Shown here: positions 27,254 through 40,782 of the stretch, in pieces | Layout: each line of letters starts with the position of its first letter | Numbering within the stretch: the first letter of the stretch is position 1 | Source: Octopus vulgaris | Taxonomy: Eukaryota | Assembly (NCBI GenBank): GCA_951406725.2 | Contig: OX597818.1 | Span: forward strand, 73,222,001-73,286,000 | Length of the DNA: 64,000 nt | Reading direction: 5' to 3' | The notes under the pieces: model-generated | What the model saw: the letters and a program-made list of their open reading frames with translations, nothing else | The model's database searches: none | Told to the model about the DNA's origin: nothing | Position numbers and translations under genes: made by a program

Positions 27254-28785
27254 GTATGTATATATGCATAATATATATGTATATGTGTATTTTATACACG
27301 TATATGTGTATTTATATGTGTGTGTGTGCGTGCGTGTGTACACCTATCTTTCTATATATGGGGTGACTTTTTATGAATGCACATGAATATGTTCACAGTG
27401 GAATTGTGTCAGAAACGTTTGGTAGTTATACAGTAAAATATTTTGACATCTTACAGAATATAAATAAATAATATTTTCAGAAAAAAAACATATATATCTT
27501 GATTTGTGGGTGCAATGACATGTTTTTAATGGGATATCAAATGTTTACTGTGATGTTAAAAATTCAAACTTAACATGAATCAAGGCTGAGTCATGAAATA
27601 TGAACAACATCGACATATGATCTTACTCTTCATAACTTATAGAAAAGTACCGACTTGGCGGAATCTTTAGCTCAGCAGAGAATACGTTTCTTATCAGTTC
27701 CTCCATCTCTGCATCTTATTCCTTTCCCTCTCACTGAAGAGCTTTTTTGCCCTTCATTCGTATGGGTTCGATAAAATGAGTGTCAATGAAGTAGGGGGAT
27801 CGATGGTCTCAATCCCAGCACTCAGAACTTTTCGACATTTGTCTAAATCAGAGACGATTATTTAAATCATGAAAGATAACGAAAATGAAGGAACCAAACA
27901 TTGTTGCAAGATAGTATTGTTGTTTGATTTCCAATTCTGATTTTTAAAGTTCCCTTTGCAGACAAACATTGCAGTTTATAAACATTAAAGCAGAAAAACA
28001 ACATAATTGATACAGTGTTTAAATATTCAGTAACGGAGAGCAAAACTTTACTTTTGTTTAATCTCGAGGAAGTGATATTTGATTAAAGATGAGATCGAGC
28101 ACATATTTCAGTAGCAACCAGTTTATGGCTCATACGAACGCATTGGGTAATGTACCCTTCCATATTTGAAGAAACTAATGTAACAACGTATATTTGTTTG
28201 CTATCTCGAGCAGGCGATATGTCGAGCAGCCACAAGGAATCTTAGCACAATTACAGATTCAATGTACAGTTCTCTCAAGTAACGAGGAATTAAATATAAC
28301 GTTATGTATGACCTTTTGTTCAAAGAATCATTCAGGTTCGGTAATTTTTTAATCGGTTCCCTAAGTTGCCTTCCCATCCACCGGAATGCGCTGTTCATTT
28401 ATAGGGTGTACATTCGCATCGATAATGATGGTATTTTCGACAATAGTTTGAATCTACTAATGTTTTTGCATTAAAGGTAGATTTTATGCATATTATATAA
28501 TATTCGTAATATGTTGACGTATGAAACTAGCGTCAATTCTGAATTCATTATAAGTAAATGTTGGAGCGAAAATCCAATAGTTAAGATCAACTATTTACAT
28601 ATTTTCATAAAACAACAACAGAAAAAAATCAGAATTTCAACTTTATTTTGTCTGTTGATGATGTTACTAATTTTGTAGCTATTCCTAACGGATATATGTC
28701 GTATTTCTAATGATGTTTTGCTTCTATGAAGGAAGTGTGTGAGCTATTTACTTTATTATCATTATTATATTATTATTTTTATTAT

Positions 28786-28876
<91 letters not shown>

Positions 28877-28929
28877 AATAATAATAATATTTTTATTATC
28901 ATCATCATCATCAACAACACTATTTTCTT

Positions 28930-29690
28930 TATCTTTCAGTTCTGTTTCATTTCTTGTCGTGTGTCTTCCTGAAGCCTAAAGCAGAGGAATGGACTGTATA
29001 CATTGGTAGGCCATTAAAATAAACACAGCAGATTCTTCATTTACAAAGTCGTGTGATAGAGAAAATGGGGAAGAAAGACAGTGAGAAAAGGGAAAAAATA
29101 AAATATATAAATAAATAAAGAAAATAGATGGGGTAAGAAAGAAAATTCACAGCCACAACGCTCTTCTCAGTAAGTGTGACGTACCAGTTAACACAACCCT
29201 CTGCATTTCCTGCATGTTTGGTAAGCCAGGGATCATTCTTAAATAATTTTCAGTTCCTTTTTTAATCATTCCAAGTGTTCCTGCAATTACTGTTATTCTA
29301 ACCGTCTTCACATGCCACATATTTTCGATTTCGATCAGTAAAGTTTTGAATTTTATGAGTGTATCATATTGTTTTAGGAGTTATTATTGTCACAAGATAT
29401 ACACATGTCAATAGACTTTATTGTTTTGCCCTTTCATAACGATATCTCGTTTATTTATTTTGTTGGAAAGTCCCAAACAATCATTACATATCCTTCCTCA
29501 ATTACGGTCTCAGTGTGGTGCTTGTACAATTTGTCAGCAGTTGTATAATGCCAACATTTTACCCAATATGAATATTGGCCAACCTTGCCGTCTTGATTTG
29601 TACTCTACAGGTGCTAAACCTTGTATCCAGACATTAGGTGGCCCACAGTTTCATTGTCACAGTGTCGGCACTGTGGGTCTACACTATTTG
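28930..29690 (-). mobile_element. R4/Dong-type LINE 3' fragment (zinc finger + restriction-like endonuclease) in a (TAA)n tract
   Basis: The minus strand gives PQCRHCDNETVGHLMSG, WDF, KRDIV and IEIENMWHVK...VIAGTLGMIKK...MQRVVLTGTSHLLRR. It is flanked by (ATT)n/(ATC)n at 28760-28915 and (TTC)n(TTA)n at 29691-29923. Confidence 0.8.
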
Positions 29691-29860
29691 TTCTTCTTCT
29701 TCTTCTTCTTCTTCTTCTTCTTCTTCTTCTTCTTCTTCTTCTTCTTCTTCTTCTTCTTCTTCTTCTTCTTCTTCTTCTTCTTCTTCTTCTCCTCCTCCTT
29801 CTCCTCCTCCTCCTTCTTCTTCTTCTTCTTCTTCTTCTTCTCCTCCTCATCCTCCTCCTT

Positions 29861-29923
<63 letters not shown>
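29691..29923. repeat. compound (TTC)n/(CTC)n/(TTA)n microsatellite
   Basis: Directly visible in the sequence. Confidence 0.95.
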
Positions 29924-30629
29924 GAGTGAGAGAGCAATGCATGCCATCAAAGTGACACTGGAGTAAAATATACGAAGCCCAGTATACCCATCATGACTAC
30001 ACGTCTGATAAGGGTACACATGGCACATGCATTACGACAATATGTGCGCGACATGGTGATCTCATATCAAGATAAACAGAACATGACCTTGCAGGTGGGG
30101 CCCACTTAGATTTTTTTTCTGGTGGTGTAATCTATCCCGCTCAAAAGGTCCCTGAATAAGGGTTGTTTAAGGGTGTTGAACGAAACATCCATGTTTCCTG
30201 AGAGCTATTATTCAAACCCCAAAGAATCCCTGTCAGCACATGGCTATGATGCTCCCCCACTACATCTGCTCGTGATCAGAGATGCACATGTCGTCAGCCA
30301 CTAAGGGACATGGTCAACTGGTTACGGTCAAACAACTGACAAGCAAATCTGTAGTATTGGAAGATAATAGTAATAATAGTACACCCCTCCCACGTGACGA
30401 GAGATATATGCTAGGTGCTATAAATAAGATGATGTCAGACAGTATAGGGAGGGAGTACGAAGTAGATGTTCTTAGATAGTCGTGGTCTTATTTTCTAACA
30501 ACTATAATGCTATACCGAAGTGGGCGTTATAACAATCCGACATTAAGGATTACAACACATCCTTAAGAGAGCAGCGTTCACCCACTTGCAAGGGTGTAAC
30601 TTTGTTACAGGTAGTCATCCAGTTCCGCA

Positions 30630-30830
30630 GTGATCCTTTCATGCAACTGCGTAAAGTTCTTCAGCCAACAGCCTTCTACTCCATCCTGGCCTGATCCTTT
30701 CCATTTTGTCATTGTTTTAAACTGTTCACTTACTGTATATATATCGATTAATTGTGACATCCTTTTGTCTTGGTGCAGTTTCAAGTTGTTTTTCAGCCTT
30801 TGTTAGCCACTCCGAGCTCTCCCTATAATC
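30630..30830 (-). mobile_element. R4/Dong-type LINE RT N-terminal fragment
   Basis: The minus strand gives SEWLTKAEKQL...QFKTMTKWKGSGQDGVEGCWLKNFTQLHER (cf. NWK.PG.DG...YWLK.F..LH.R). Confidence 0.65.
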
Positions 30831-31108
30831 ATTGTTATTATCATTGTTGTTGCTGTTGTTGTTCTTATGGTGGTGAAGGTTTATTATATTTTTGAATTTT
30901 ATCTTTAGATATTCAGGGTAAATTTTACATTACATTTCCATGTTAATTTCCCTCAATAACTAAGCTATGGGCAGTACACTTCTTATCCACGATGTCATTC
31001 GTCTTCCAAGATTCCTGATGTGAAATCTCTTGTTGAAACAGATATTGCTGTACTTCGGGATGGTCATTTTGCTTTTAGACAAAAACAAAACCAAAATAAA
31101 AATGACCA

Positions 31109-31188
<80 letters not shown>

Positions 31189-31959
31189 GCTTCATTCAAT
31201 TTATACTAAAAAATATACTTGATCAAGATGCTACACACTGAGAGTGAACCCGGAATCATGTGGTTACGAAGTAAACTTCTCACCATGCTGACACGCCTGC
31301 GCCTACAGAGATGTGAATAAAGTATGTTTATTATTATTTCGACTGTACATAAACATATAACGTAATCTTGTTTTTCCAGATGAATTTTTAAAAATTGGCT
31401 ATTTTATCAAACGATTTATTTCAGATTGATCTAATCACTTTGATTATTATTGTAAACTAAAACTTTGATGTTGGTTATATGCAACACAATATTTAGCAAG
31501 ATTTATGTGGTATATAAAAACAAGTGAAATATTGTATTTATATTTTGTTAATCAATTTCTGTTTAATCTATTCCATTACGTAGTCGTAGGATATACTTAC
31601 AAGAGGTGTATTTGACAACTATTAGAAAAGCATACATACAAACCATACAAATGGTTTCGTAAATAAGACGATTGTTATACATAATTTAATAATACAGGGG
31701 TTGCAGTTAAAAATTGTCTGCGACCATACTGATAGTGACGAGCGAGAAAACTATGGACGTTTGAAATTAAATGAATTCATACTTCGCGACATGTAATGAA
31801 GACTTATCCGCTAAGGGAAAATGAAACAAGGAAGAAGAAGAAGAAGAAGAAGAAGAAGAAGAAGAAGAAGAAGAAGAAGAAGAAGAAGAAGAAGAAGAAG
31901 AAGAACAAGAAGAACAAGAAGAACAAGAACAAGAACAAGAACAAGAACAAGAAGAAGCA

Positions 31960-32560
31960 GTATGCTGCTAATACAGTATGATTTACCAAAAATAGATTTG
32001 AGAGTGCACAGGAATTCCTGTCAAAAATAGCCACCGAGAGAGAAGAAACGCTACTCCGCATGGAATTATATGGTCAATTCCACCGTGTAACAAACAAATT
32101 AAAAGACCAGGAAGCGTCATGGAAATGGCTCAGCAAGGGTGACCTAAAAAGAATACGGAAAGCCTAATCATCGCTGCCCATGATCAGGCATTGAATACCA
32201 ACTTACTGAAAAAGGATATATGACACAAGTGCAACGAACCCCTGCAGAATTTTTAGTGATTGTGAAAGTCTTGCACAGAAAAGGTACAATCGCAGATGCA
32301 ACAAGGTTGCCCAAAATTTTCACTGGCTACTATACTGGACGTATAGATAGGAGGTAACGGTTGCTTCATGCCAACATACACCGGAAAATGTAATGGACGA
32401 AAAGGGTTAGACAAAACTCCTCTGGAACTTTGACTTCCAGACAGATAAGGTGTTAGAGCACCAAAGGCCGGATATAATAGCCGGGGGACAAACAATAGTG
32501 TCTATTAATCGACGTGGCAGTACCAGGAGACCAACATATATCAAATCAAATCAAATTTAT
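31960..32560 (+). mobile_element. R4/Dong-type LINE C-terminal fragment
   Basis: LYGQFHR...SWKWLSKGDLK..TESLIIAAHDQALNT; LLWNF/DFQTDKVLEHQRPDII; LLIDVAVPGD. It is preceded by a (GAA)n tract. Confidence 0.75.
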
Positions 32561-32629
32561 TGGCAGAAGAGCACAATGTGCTTAAGTCATGTAAAAAAAT
32601 ACAGTTATTGTTATATACAGTTTTATACG

Positions 32630-33235
32630 TAGTCGCCACAGCTGTCCAGAGCCTCTTTGAACAAGGGAGTGGTGGGCAGTTGAATGACATCTTGTAGTGC
32701 TTGATCCACGGGGATGCGATACGGACGGAGAATGCGTCAGGGATAGAGTTTGCAATCATGCTCACGAAGACCAGCTATCCGGCGCAGGGGTGAAAAACTA
32801 CGCAAATGGTACATTTCCATTTCCGTTGAAGATGAAAGCCAGGATGAGATCTCCCCACATCCTCTGTCATTCGAGTAAATGTAATGCCAGCCGTTAGAGA
32901 CGTTCTTCATACGTAAGCTTAGACAAGCCCACGACCATTCGGGTGGACAAGCGCAGAACCCATTCTATGTATTGAATGTGAGGTCCGGATGCAATATTCG
33001 AAGATGGGTCGAACCAGAGTGACGTATAAAGGCCGAAATATATCCATTGAAAGTTTGACAAAGAACCGGCAGATGAGGAAAAGATTCCGTCTAGCTTTGT
33101 TCGCCGCCTCGATACACTGCCGTGTTAGTTTGAGAGACGTATTGACCATTATGCCGTTATCCTTTTCTTCAGTGACCATCTTAAGATGTTGGTGTTTGAG
33201 GCCAATAGTCAATGACGAGTTTGGAGGTTAACCTA
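32630..33235 (-). mobile_element. CR1-group LINE 3' remnant
   Basis: EEKDNGIMVNTSLK..QCIEAANKARRNL..I.RFF...IFRPLYVTLVRPIFEYC. Confidence 0.8.
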
Positions 33236-33539
33236 TTAGCAAATCGCGGCATGAAAGAACGAGAAAAAAATTGATAAATATGGAGACCTGAGAATTGAGA
33301 TCGCCAAGGTGTGGCCGTTAGGAGTCAAATATAAAGGTTGCCCCTATTGCCATTGGAGCTCGGTTCAATACCACCGAAGCTGAAGAAACATCTGGAAACT
33401 TTAGAAATACTCTACAATCTAGGTGTTTTGCAGCACTGCGACTGTAAAATACGAAGACAGGTGTAACATGTAAAAAAAAACGAAGTAAACAACGAAAGAC
33501 AACATATCCAGACCGTAGGAAAGTATAATGATGTGAAAA

Positions 33540-33909
33540 ATGCAAGAAGCCAAATCTAATTTGCGGTCCAGGGGAGGCCATCGTAGGCCAAAACCCATTA
33601 TTCAACCCAGAGATACCCACCTGAATGTTAGAGTTGACTCCCCGAGCCAGTACAAGAGCAGGAAAAAATATATTTGGTTTGTAATTCCCTTTGGTAAACA
33701 AATAAGATCTAACCTACCGTTGCAGTTTCGCCAAGCAATTGCCAGAAATTTTCCCAGAAATTCGAGATATTACTCCACTGTAAATTCACACAAAGTTAGG
33801 ATAGCCTTCTCCAATACTAAAAATCATTCACAGATAATTTCCTCCCATAACAAGACCCTCTCACCCATGAGCGGAGACTCTGCTCCGTCTAATTCCAACA
33901 TAACACGTA

Positions 33910-33948
<39 letters not shown>

Positions 33949-34694
33949 GAACTGGTACAGATATTAGCAACCTCCATACCAACATTGGAGTTAGTAATAG
34001 TAATAATGATAAGAGCAATGATCTCGTCATTAACGTAAGTAATGGTAATAAGGATAAGAGCACTGATCTAGTCATTAATGTAGGGAGTCCCAACAACAAT
34101 ATTAGCAGCAGTTTTATAAACAGTAGTATTACGGACATTATCAAACACAGCATTCACAGTAACAGGGAATATGCAGGTGATTTTGCCTTAAATAGTAATG
34201 ATAATGGGGTGAATAATATCGAATCCAGCGGTAGTTTTTACAATCATCATAGTAATAAGAACGTTGTATTAATATCGGAAACCAATCCCAATAGAATAAG
34301 GTTCTTATCTAGTAACTCCAAGATTAGAAACGCCATTTACCAGTGCAGAGTTTATACTGATTCAGATGTCTACATGTATATCGGAGCCTCATCATCGAAA
34401 TTGGCTGTTAGAATATCGAATCATTTTTCCACGTTTCGTGATAAGGAAAAACAAAATGCTACGGGTCTAAGTAAATTAGTCTGGCGTTTGAAGAACGCGA
34501 ATTCAACTTTTAGACTGGAATGGTCAATTTTATCGGTGTCTTTACCGTTTGATAAGGGCAAAAAAATATGTACCCTTTGTAACTCGGAACTCTTTCATAT
34601 TCTGTTCGCCTGAGGGCACCTTGTTAACTCGATTGTGCAAAATTCTTTCAGATGTCCACACTGGAAACGACATACATTTCTCTCATACAAATGA
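33540..34694 (+). pseudogene. PLE GIY-YIG ORF with an Asn/Ser-rich insert and one internal TGA
   Basis: The 357-aa ORF stops at 34611-34613, but the frame continues GHLVNSIVQNSFRCPHWKRHTF, matching the expected terminal LN...C.H motif. RT motifs are absent. Confidence 0.75.
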
Positions 34695-35280
34695 AGTCTA
34701 ATATAGTTAACCCCTTGATTTCCTAAGAAAATGGAAAAAAAATTTGAATTAAATTTGTAAGGGGATATCACTCCCCTGTTAGTGTAAGAACTGCTAGTTA
34801 TCTAGAACTGCTGTCAGGGATGTCACTGTATCCTGCCATGACCATTGTTGACACCCCCTCTCTATCAACTGGTTACAGACGAACACACAGACACAGTCTT
34901 TTCTGTTGCTTGACCATTAATATCTGCTATATCCCTTTCCCTTGATGGCTTCTAAACACACTGCCACACATACATAGACGCACACACACATACATGAAAA
35001 CAATTTCTCACACTCAAACACTCTAGCCCTCATTCTTAAAACAATTCAAATATTAACACCAGTCATACAGAATACATTCACACTCTTTGATTTTCCTGTA
35101 CCCGCCTTCTGTTAACCGGATTTTGACCTTGAATTATCTCAACGGACTTTCTCGTCGGCTTTCACCCAGCCTGGCGTCAACGCATAGTGATAGACAGTTT
35201 GTGCCATTTATTCCATGGGCTCCTCGTGAACGTTTGTCGAAAAGCTTGCTGTGCATTTTGTTGGAGAATTAAGTTCCCGG

Positions 35281-35366
35281 ATTTTCCTGAAGAGAAGACT
35301 GCAAAATGGACTCCTTATTGAATCCGAATTTGGGACTTTGCAGCCTTTGAAACATATGTAGAAAAT
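35281..35366 (+). ncRNA. type I hammerhead ribozyme, canonical core
   Basis: attttc-CTGAAGA-gaagactgcaaa(...)tttgcagccttt-GAAA-CATATG-TA-gaaaat, giving a 6-bp stem I, a long stem II and a palindromic stem III. Confidence 0.85.
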
Positions 35367-35572
35367 AATAAAAAGGAATTTTGTTAAATCTTCGTTCAGC
35401 TCCATTTCTTCCTACACTAAATATATAAAACTTCAAATTTCCGCACTAAGGCACGGTTTTTAGGCCCCATGGTCGTAACCTCAACCGTGCTTTTCTGTTG
35501 TGATTGTTGCTACCCAGGTATCGGTTATCATTTGAATAATCCGTAATAAGATAATTCATTTATCTACTTCAA

Positions 35573-35618
<46 letters not shown>

Positions 35619-36129
35619 GTGTGTGTGTGTGAGGGAGAGGGAGAGAGAGAGAGGCAGGTGAACTGATCGATAGGAGAAAAACTAAGAGAGAGAGAGAGAA
35701 AGAGAGAACATACAGACAAATAGGGAAAGAGGGAGAGAGAGCTTGTCATTGATATACAACGGTCTACTACAGTGGACAACCATCAGTTTGGTATATGCAA
35801 GAAGATACTGGCATAAAGTTTACCAGTGTGGAATTGAAACTCAAAGCACTTGGAGTAAAATTGAACTACTTGACCACAAAAATTATGAGCCTTCATATAC
35901 AGCCATTGCCGATATACACATGCACACATTTTGTTATGTCATAAGGTGAACCTCTCTGTAGTTGTACAGTCAACGAGAAGCATCAGTCAAAGTCCCTTCA
36001 TATCAATACATAGGATTCATTCAATAACGTAGTCAAATTAACACACTATCAGACATACACGGGATGGGCATACATGAATTTTCTTTATTCGTTAACCTGC
36101 ATCAGACGTATTTACCTCAGTAGTAATTA

Positions 36130-36510
36130 CAGTGTCCACTGAGGTGCGGCCATCTTTGAACCAGTTGTAACACTCTGTTATATATGTTTTTTTTACCTAG
36201 CATCATCTCCAAAGGCCTTCTGAATCTTTTCGATAGTCTGGGCTTGCGTATCACCAAGCTTTTGGCAGAATTTGATACAGTATCTTTGCGCAATGTGCTC
36301 GGTCATCGTGTCTCAAAAAGAAAAAATCGCACATCACACTCTTCACATCTGTACTCAACGCGTCACAGCAGGAGATTGGCGCGACCTGCAAACACAAATA
36401 TTTTTGCGCATGTTCAGGAAGTACGTGACCACTTAATACTCATGCGGAATTTATTCACGCATTATTATTTTGTGCAAAAACCTCAAGGTGGTATACTTTT
36501 TGACTACACC
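36130..36510 (-). mobile_element. mariner 5' fragment
   Basis: The minus strand gives CIKFCQKLGDTQAQTIEKIQKAFGDDA...WFKDGRTSVD, the mariner N-terminal HTH. Confidence 0.8.
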
Positions 36511-36654
36511 TATATAAACACATACATGTTTACATATACACATATACAGTTACATATGTAAGTATATCTGTCTATTTATCTAAATCCATCTATATATATA
36601 CATATATATATCTGTCTGTCTATTTTGGAAATGTAATCACACCTATTTAATATT

Positions 36655-36697
<43 letters not shown>

Positions 36698-36982
36698 GAC
36701 TTCCATTAACCGTACTTTATTCTGAAATTCGTTTTACGCTCGAGAATATAGTAGAAAGCAAGCGGAGTATACCGTATAGGATAATTTTGCTGAAGATACG
36801 AAACCCTGTGATGAGAAGGAAACTTCTAATAACACAATTAAGCTGAGGTCACATTTTTCTCGATTTAAAATTTATATTGACCATTGTCAAAAATAGATAT
36901 GCGGGCGAGAACAAGCAGCACTCAGAAAGGTGAAAGTTTGTAGTAATCTCTCTGTGCATAACTGAAACATCTTATAAACTCA

Positions 36983-37057
<75 letters not shown>

Positions 37058-37930
37058 AGTTTTACATAGCCATACGCTATTTCACCATACATTAACTGTA
37101 TACGCAATTGCATTACATTGTTTCGGTATTTTGGAAGTTAAACATAGAAACAGATATTTTTAGAATTAATTGGTTACCTGTCAAAAGGCGTACTATGTCA
37201 ACATTTTCAGTAGATGTATAGTGCCATCATCAACATTATTTATTACTTTAACCCAGAGATAGGAATATTAAATAGGCGTGATTACATTTCCAAAATAGAT
37301 ACAGCAAGTTCATGCAATGTTAAATGCGCTCTGTCATAATGTCATAATTAACAGGCCATTTTTGAAAGATGTGTGACGCCAATACTATGTTCATGTTTTT
37401 TTTTCTCTCTCTCTAACAACACATAGACAAATGCACATCTACGTGTGCATATGTATATGCATGTGTGCGCCTGTGTGCATGTACATATAATATATATTCA
37501 AATTTCATGCTAAAACATTCTATACGCCAACATATATATGCTGACATAGACACATGTAAACACTCTCATATAAGCGGGCATATATGTAAACTATCTATAT
37601 ATATATATTGTTATATTTCGGAATGGTCATATTGCCAGTTTGGCCAATAAAAACACACGCACTATATATTTGGTGTTATTTTGCTTCAGTGATATTTATT
37701 TTTTACATTAATCTTAATCTTATTTCGGCCAGAGTTCTTTCGTCACACTCCTGTGACCGCATCAGTGGTCCTTTGTTTTCTTTCGTATTTGTGTCTCTCC
37801 TTACTAACCGTCAGCCATTTTGTATCTCTATTGTATGTCTTCATTTGCGCATGCTTATATCTCTATGTGCGTCTATGTTTATTTAGTGTGTGTGTGGGGG
37901 GGATAGAAAGGACAAAAAAAGAAAAAGAAA

Positions 37931-38512
37931 ATGGGGAAGGCCAACACTTGGTATGATAGCAATAAATACCAGAGTGTCATGTTCGTTGACACTTCCCCTG
38001 GAGGTGAACTGGCGCACCGCTTTAGAAGGACCCTAGATAAACTTAAACTAAGAATTAAGTTTGTTGAAAAGCCAGGCAACCATATCAAATCTATAATTGG
38101 TAGAACATATCCTTTTAGTAGAACCCCCTGTACGGATAACTATTGCACTGTATGTAGATTTAGCCCACAAACAAACTGTAAAGCCAGAAATGTAGTCTAT
38201 AGTATAAGATGTACAGAGGGACGATGCAGTAACAAGACAATAACATACGTAGAGGAAACGGCAAGAAGCATAGGAGAGCGGGTGAATGAACATTAGAGAC
38301 AACTCAAGGAAGGTAAAAGCTCATCGATTCTGTACCAACACGCCGAACAGGAACACGGGGGACCAATCAATAACATAGAGATGAAGATATTGTCCACACA
38401 CAGAGCAGATGCAACAATTAGACGAATTACAGAGGCTACACATATAATAGAAAATAAACCTAGCCTGAATAGAAAACTAGAATGGAGCAATAGCACACAC
38501 CACAACATATGA
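37931..38512 (+). pseudogene. PLE GIY-YIG endonuclease, one in-frame stop
   Basis: VMFVDTSPGGELA...CTDNYCTVC...CKARNVVYSIRC..C...YVEETARSIGERVNEH*...SILYQH...H...RRITEATHI...LNRKLEW. Confidence 0.85.
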
Positions 38513-38630
38513 CGATGGAGGATCCCAAAAACAGAATAAATACACAGATAAATAAACAAATAGAAATGAATAACTATATATATGTATATGTATCTATGTA
38601 TATATATATGTATGTGTATGTATATGTATG

Positions 38631-38670
<40 letters not shown>

Positions 38671-39034
38671 GATAAGAAAGTTTGTTTGGTAAAGCACGTG
38701 GGTGAATATATAAGAAAATAGTAAAGTGTGAAAAAACGACAGAAGGCTTAAATGTTAAAAAATATATATATTTGTGTCAAAATGTCTGGAGAATATTGGA
38801 AAAATTTTTTTCCTTTTCCTTAAAATGACATAATTTTAAAATTTTTAAAGAAATTATCGGTTTCGCGTGTAGCTTTTCAAATTTCTTGTGACGTTATGTT
38901 TATATTGCATGGAATTATCGTTGTTTTTATTTCCAGGAGATTTCTAAATAAGGGGAGGTAGTGAGTGATTTTTTCCGGTGTAGGGGAGATAATCACTTAA
39001 AAATCTTTTTTTTTTTTTTTTTCCCTTTTCCTTG

Positions 39035-40781
39035 TTAATTTCTCTGTGTCAGTATGTTCGGATGGTTGAGTCTGGGTTTGTACTTTTCAATGAAGAATGT
39101 TTCCTTGTTCAGTCTCATTTGTGTTGATGATCCGAAAGCACATTGGTAAAATGGGAAGATTAAAAATTGTGGCAGTAGTTGCTTTGCGCATTTCTCAATG
39201 TGCTCACTAAAAGGTATCATTCTATATTCTGGGAATGCAATCTGTTGTCGATGCAGTGTGCATCTGCGCCTGAGTGATAGTCCCGTGGAACCCACGTAGT
39301 CTTGGTGGCAGCCCGAGCATTTAATAACATAAATTATGTTTTCAGAGGCACAAGTAAAGTTAGATTTGATCTTAAATTTCTGTCCCTCTTTAAAGAAGAA
39401 TTCTGATCCTTCCAATAGGTTAGGACATGTTGCACAGTTCGATCTACCACATTTTTTTACTTTTGCATCCGTAATTTTAGAAGACAATTCTGCCTTTGTG
39501 AGAATCTTTTTAAGTGATTTAGGCTGTTTGTAGCTTTTAATGATTTGGTGTATGTTTAGAATTTCCTTTAATTTTGGGTTTTTATGAAGTATTGGTAAAT
39601 TCTGGGTGATGATGGTGAAGGCTTCTTTGTTTCTGGGGTTGTATGTAGATATGTAAGGTAGTATTTTCGGGGAAGGTGTGTTGTTGTGTTGAACTTTTCT
39701 TAAAGTTTCTATGTTGATTTCTGTTGCACGTCTGATCCCATCCTCTATGAGTTGAGCTGGGTAATGTCTGTCAATTAGGGTGTTTTTGAGTTCTTGCAGT
39801 CTAAAGTTCCTGGTATTTTGTTCTGACACTATTGTGCATATCCTTCTTGCAAGGTTGAAGGGGATGTTTGTTTTAGTGTGTCTTGGGTGGCATGAATTAA
39901 AGAGAAGGTATTGTTTGGCGTCTGTGGCTTTGTAAAAAATGTCTGTTTCTATTTTAAGGTTAATTTTTTTAATTAGTATATCCAAGAACGGGAGCTCCTT
40001 TTGGTTGTATTCCATTGTGAACTGTATATTTGGGTTTATGCTGTTCAATAGGTTTTTAAATTTTAGGAGTTTATCTGTTTTCATTCCAGAGAATGAAACA
40101 ATCGTCTAGGAATCGTTTCCAATTCTCTTTTATGTATTGAGAGAGGGAGTTTCCAAAGATTGATAGAGATTCCTGGTAAATGATTATTTCCATGTATCCC
40201 ATTGTTAAGTTCGCAATGACTGGTGCTGCCCTTGTACCCATAGCAATTCCGGATTTTTGACGGTAAAATGTATTGTCAAACATGAAGTGGTTATTGTGTA
40301 GGATGAATTCAATTGATTTAGTAATGAATTCCTTACTGATCCTTTTTGGTATTTCTTCCGGAAATTGGTCTAACCAGAATTGTATTGCCTCCAGTCCAAA
40401 ATTATGAGGTATACTGGTATACAAGTTGACTACATCAAATGAAACCAGGATTGTTTCTTCCTTGGTTTTTTTTGGAAGGTGGTTTAACATATCTAAGTCA
40501 TCTCTGATATGGCTATCGATATGTTTAAGGAAGGGTTTCAAGAGGATGTCCATAAGTAGACTTAGTCTGTGTGTTTCACAGGTTGGGCCAGCTACAATCG
40601 GTCGTAGTTTTAGGTCCCCCGGATTAGGCGTGTGTATGTATGTATTTGGTGATTTTTTAATGGTTTCATTTATAATTTGACTTTTATGAATTTTTGGCAG
40701 ACCATAGAAAAGGCTAGGTTTGCATTTAAAGTTTGTTAGGAAATCAATCTCTTTGGTTGTCAGTTCCTTTTCATGGGTTTT
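39035..40781 (-). pseudogene. PLE reverse transcriptase + GIY-YIG endonuclease (5'-truncated, one frameshift at ~40075)
   Basis: Motifs FYGLPKIHK, LRPIVAG, SFDVVNLYTSIP, YRQKSGIAMGT, RFLDDCF, LPFLDI, FYKATD, SCHP.H, CGRSNCATC, FTCASENIIYVIKC..C..DYVGST and KYKPRLN. Confidence 0.95.
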
Positions 40782-40782
40782 A

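Larger units (their letters stand above)
33540..35575 (+). mobile_element. Penelope-like element 3' part (linker + GIY-YIG + 3' region with HHR)
   Basis: The ORF contains IWF..PF...NFP...VRIAFSN..N..QIISSHNK and AIYQC...YMYIG...RISNH..TF...NATGLSKLVWRLK...W.IL...CTLC..E. There is an intact HHR downstream at 35281 and the element ends in (TA)n. Confidence 0.8.

Noticed and set aside
28201-28398. 65-aa ATG-initiated ORF in unique sequence
   Set aside because: I recognise no homology and see no supporting signals.
34611-34613. In-frame TGA in a PLE ORF as possible selenocysteine (reported for some Naiad PLEs)
   Set aside because: The position is not an evident conserved Cys, I could not identify a SECIS element, and a point mutation such as CGA to TGA is the simpler explanation.
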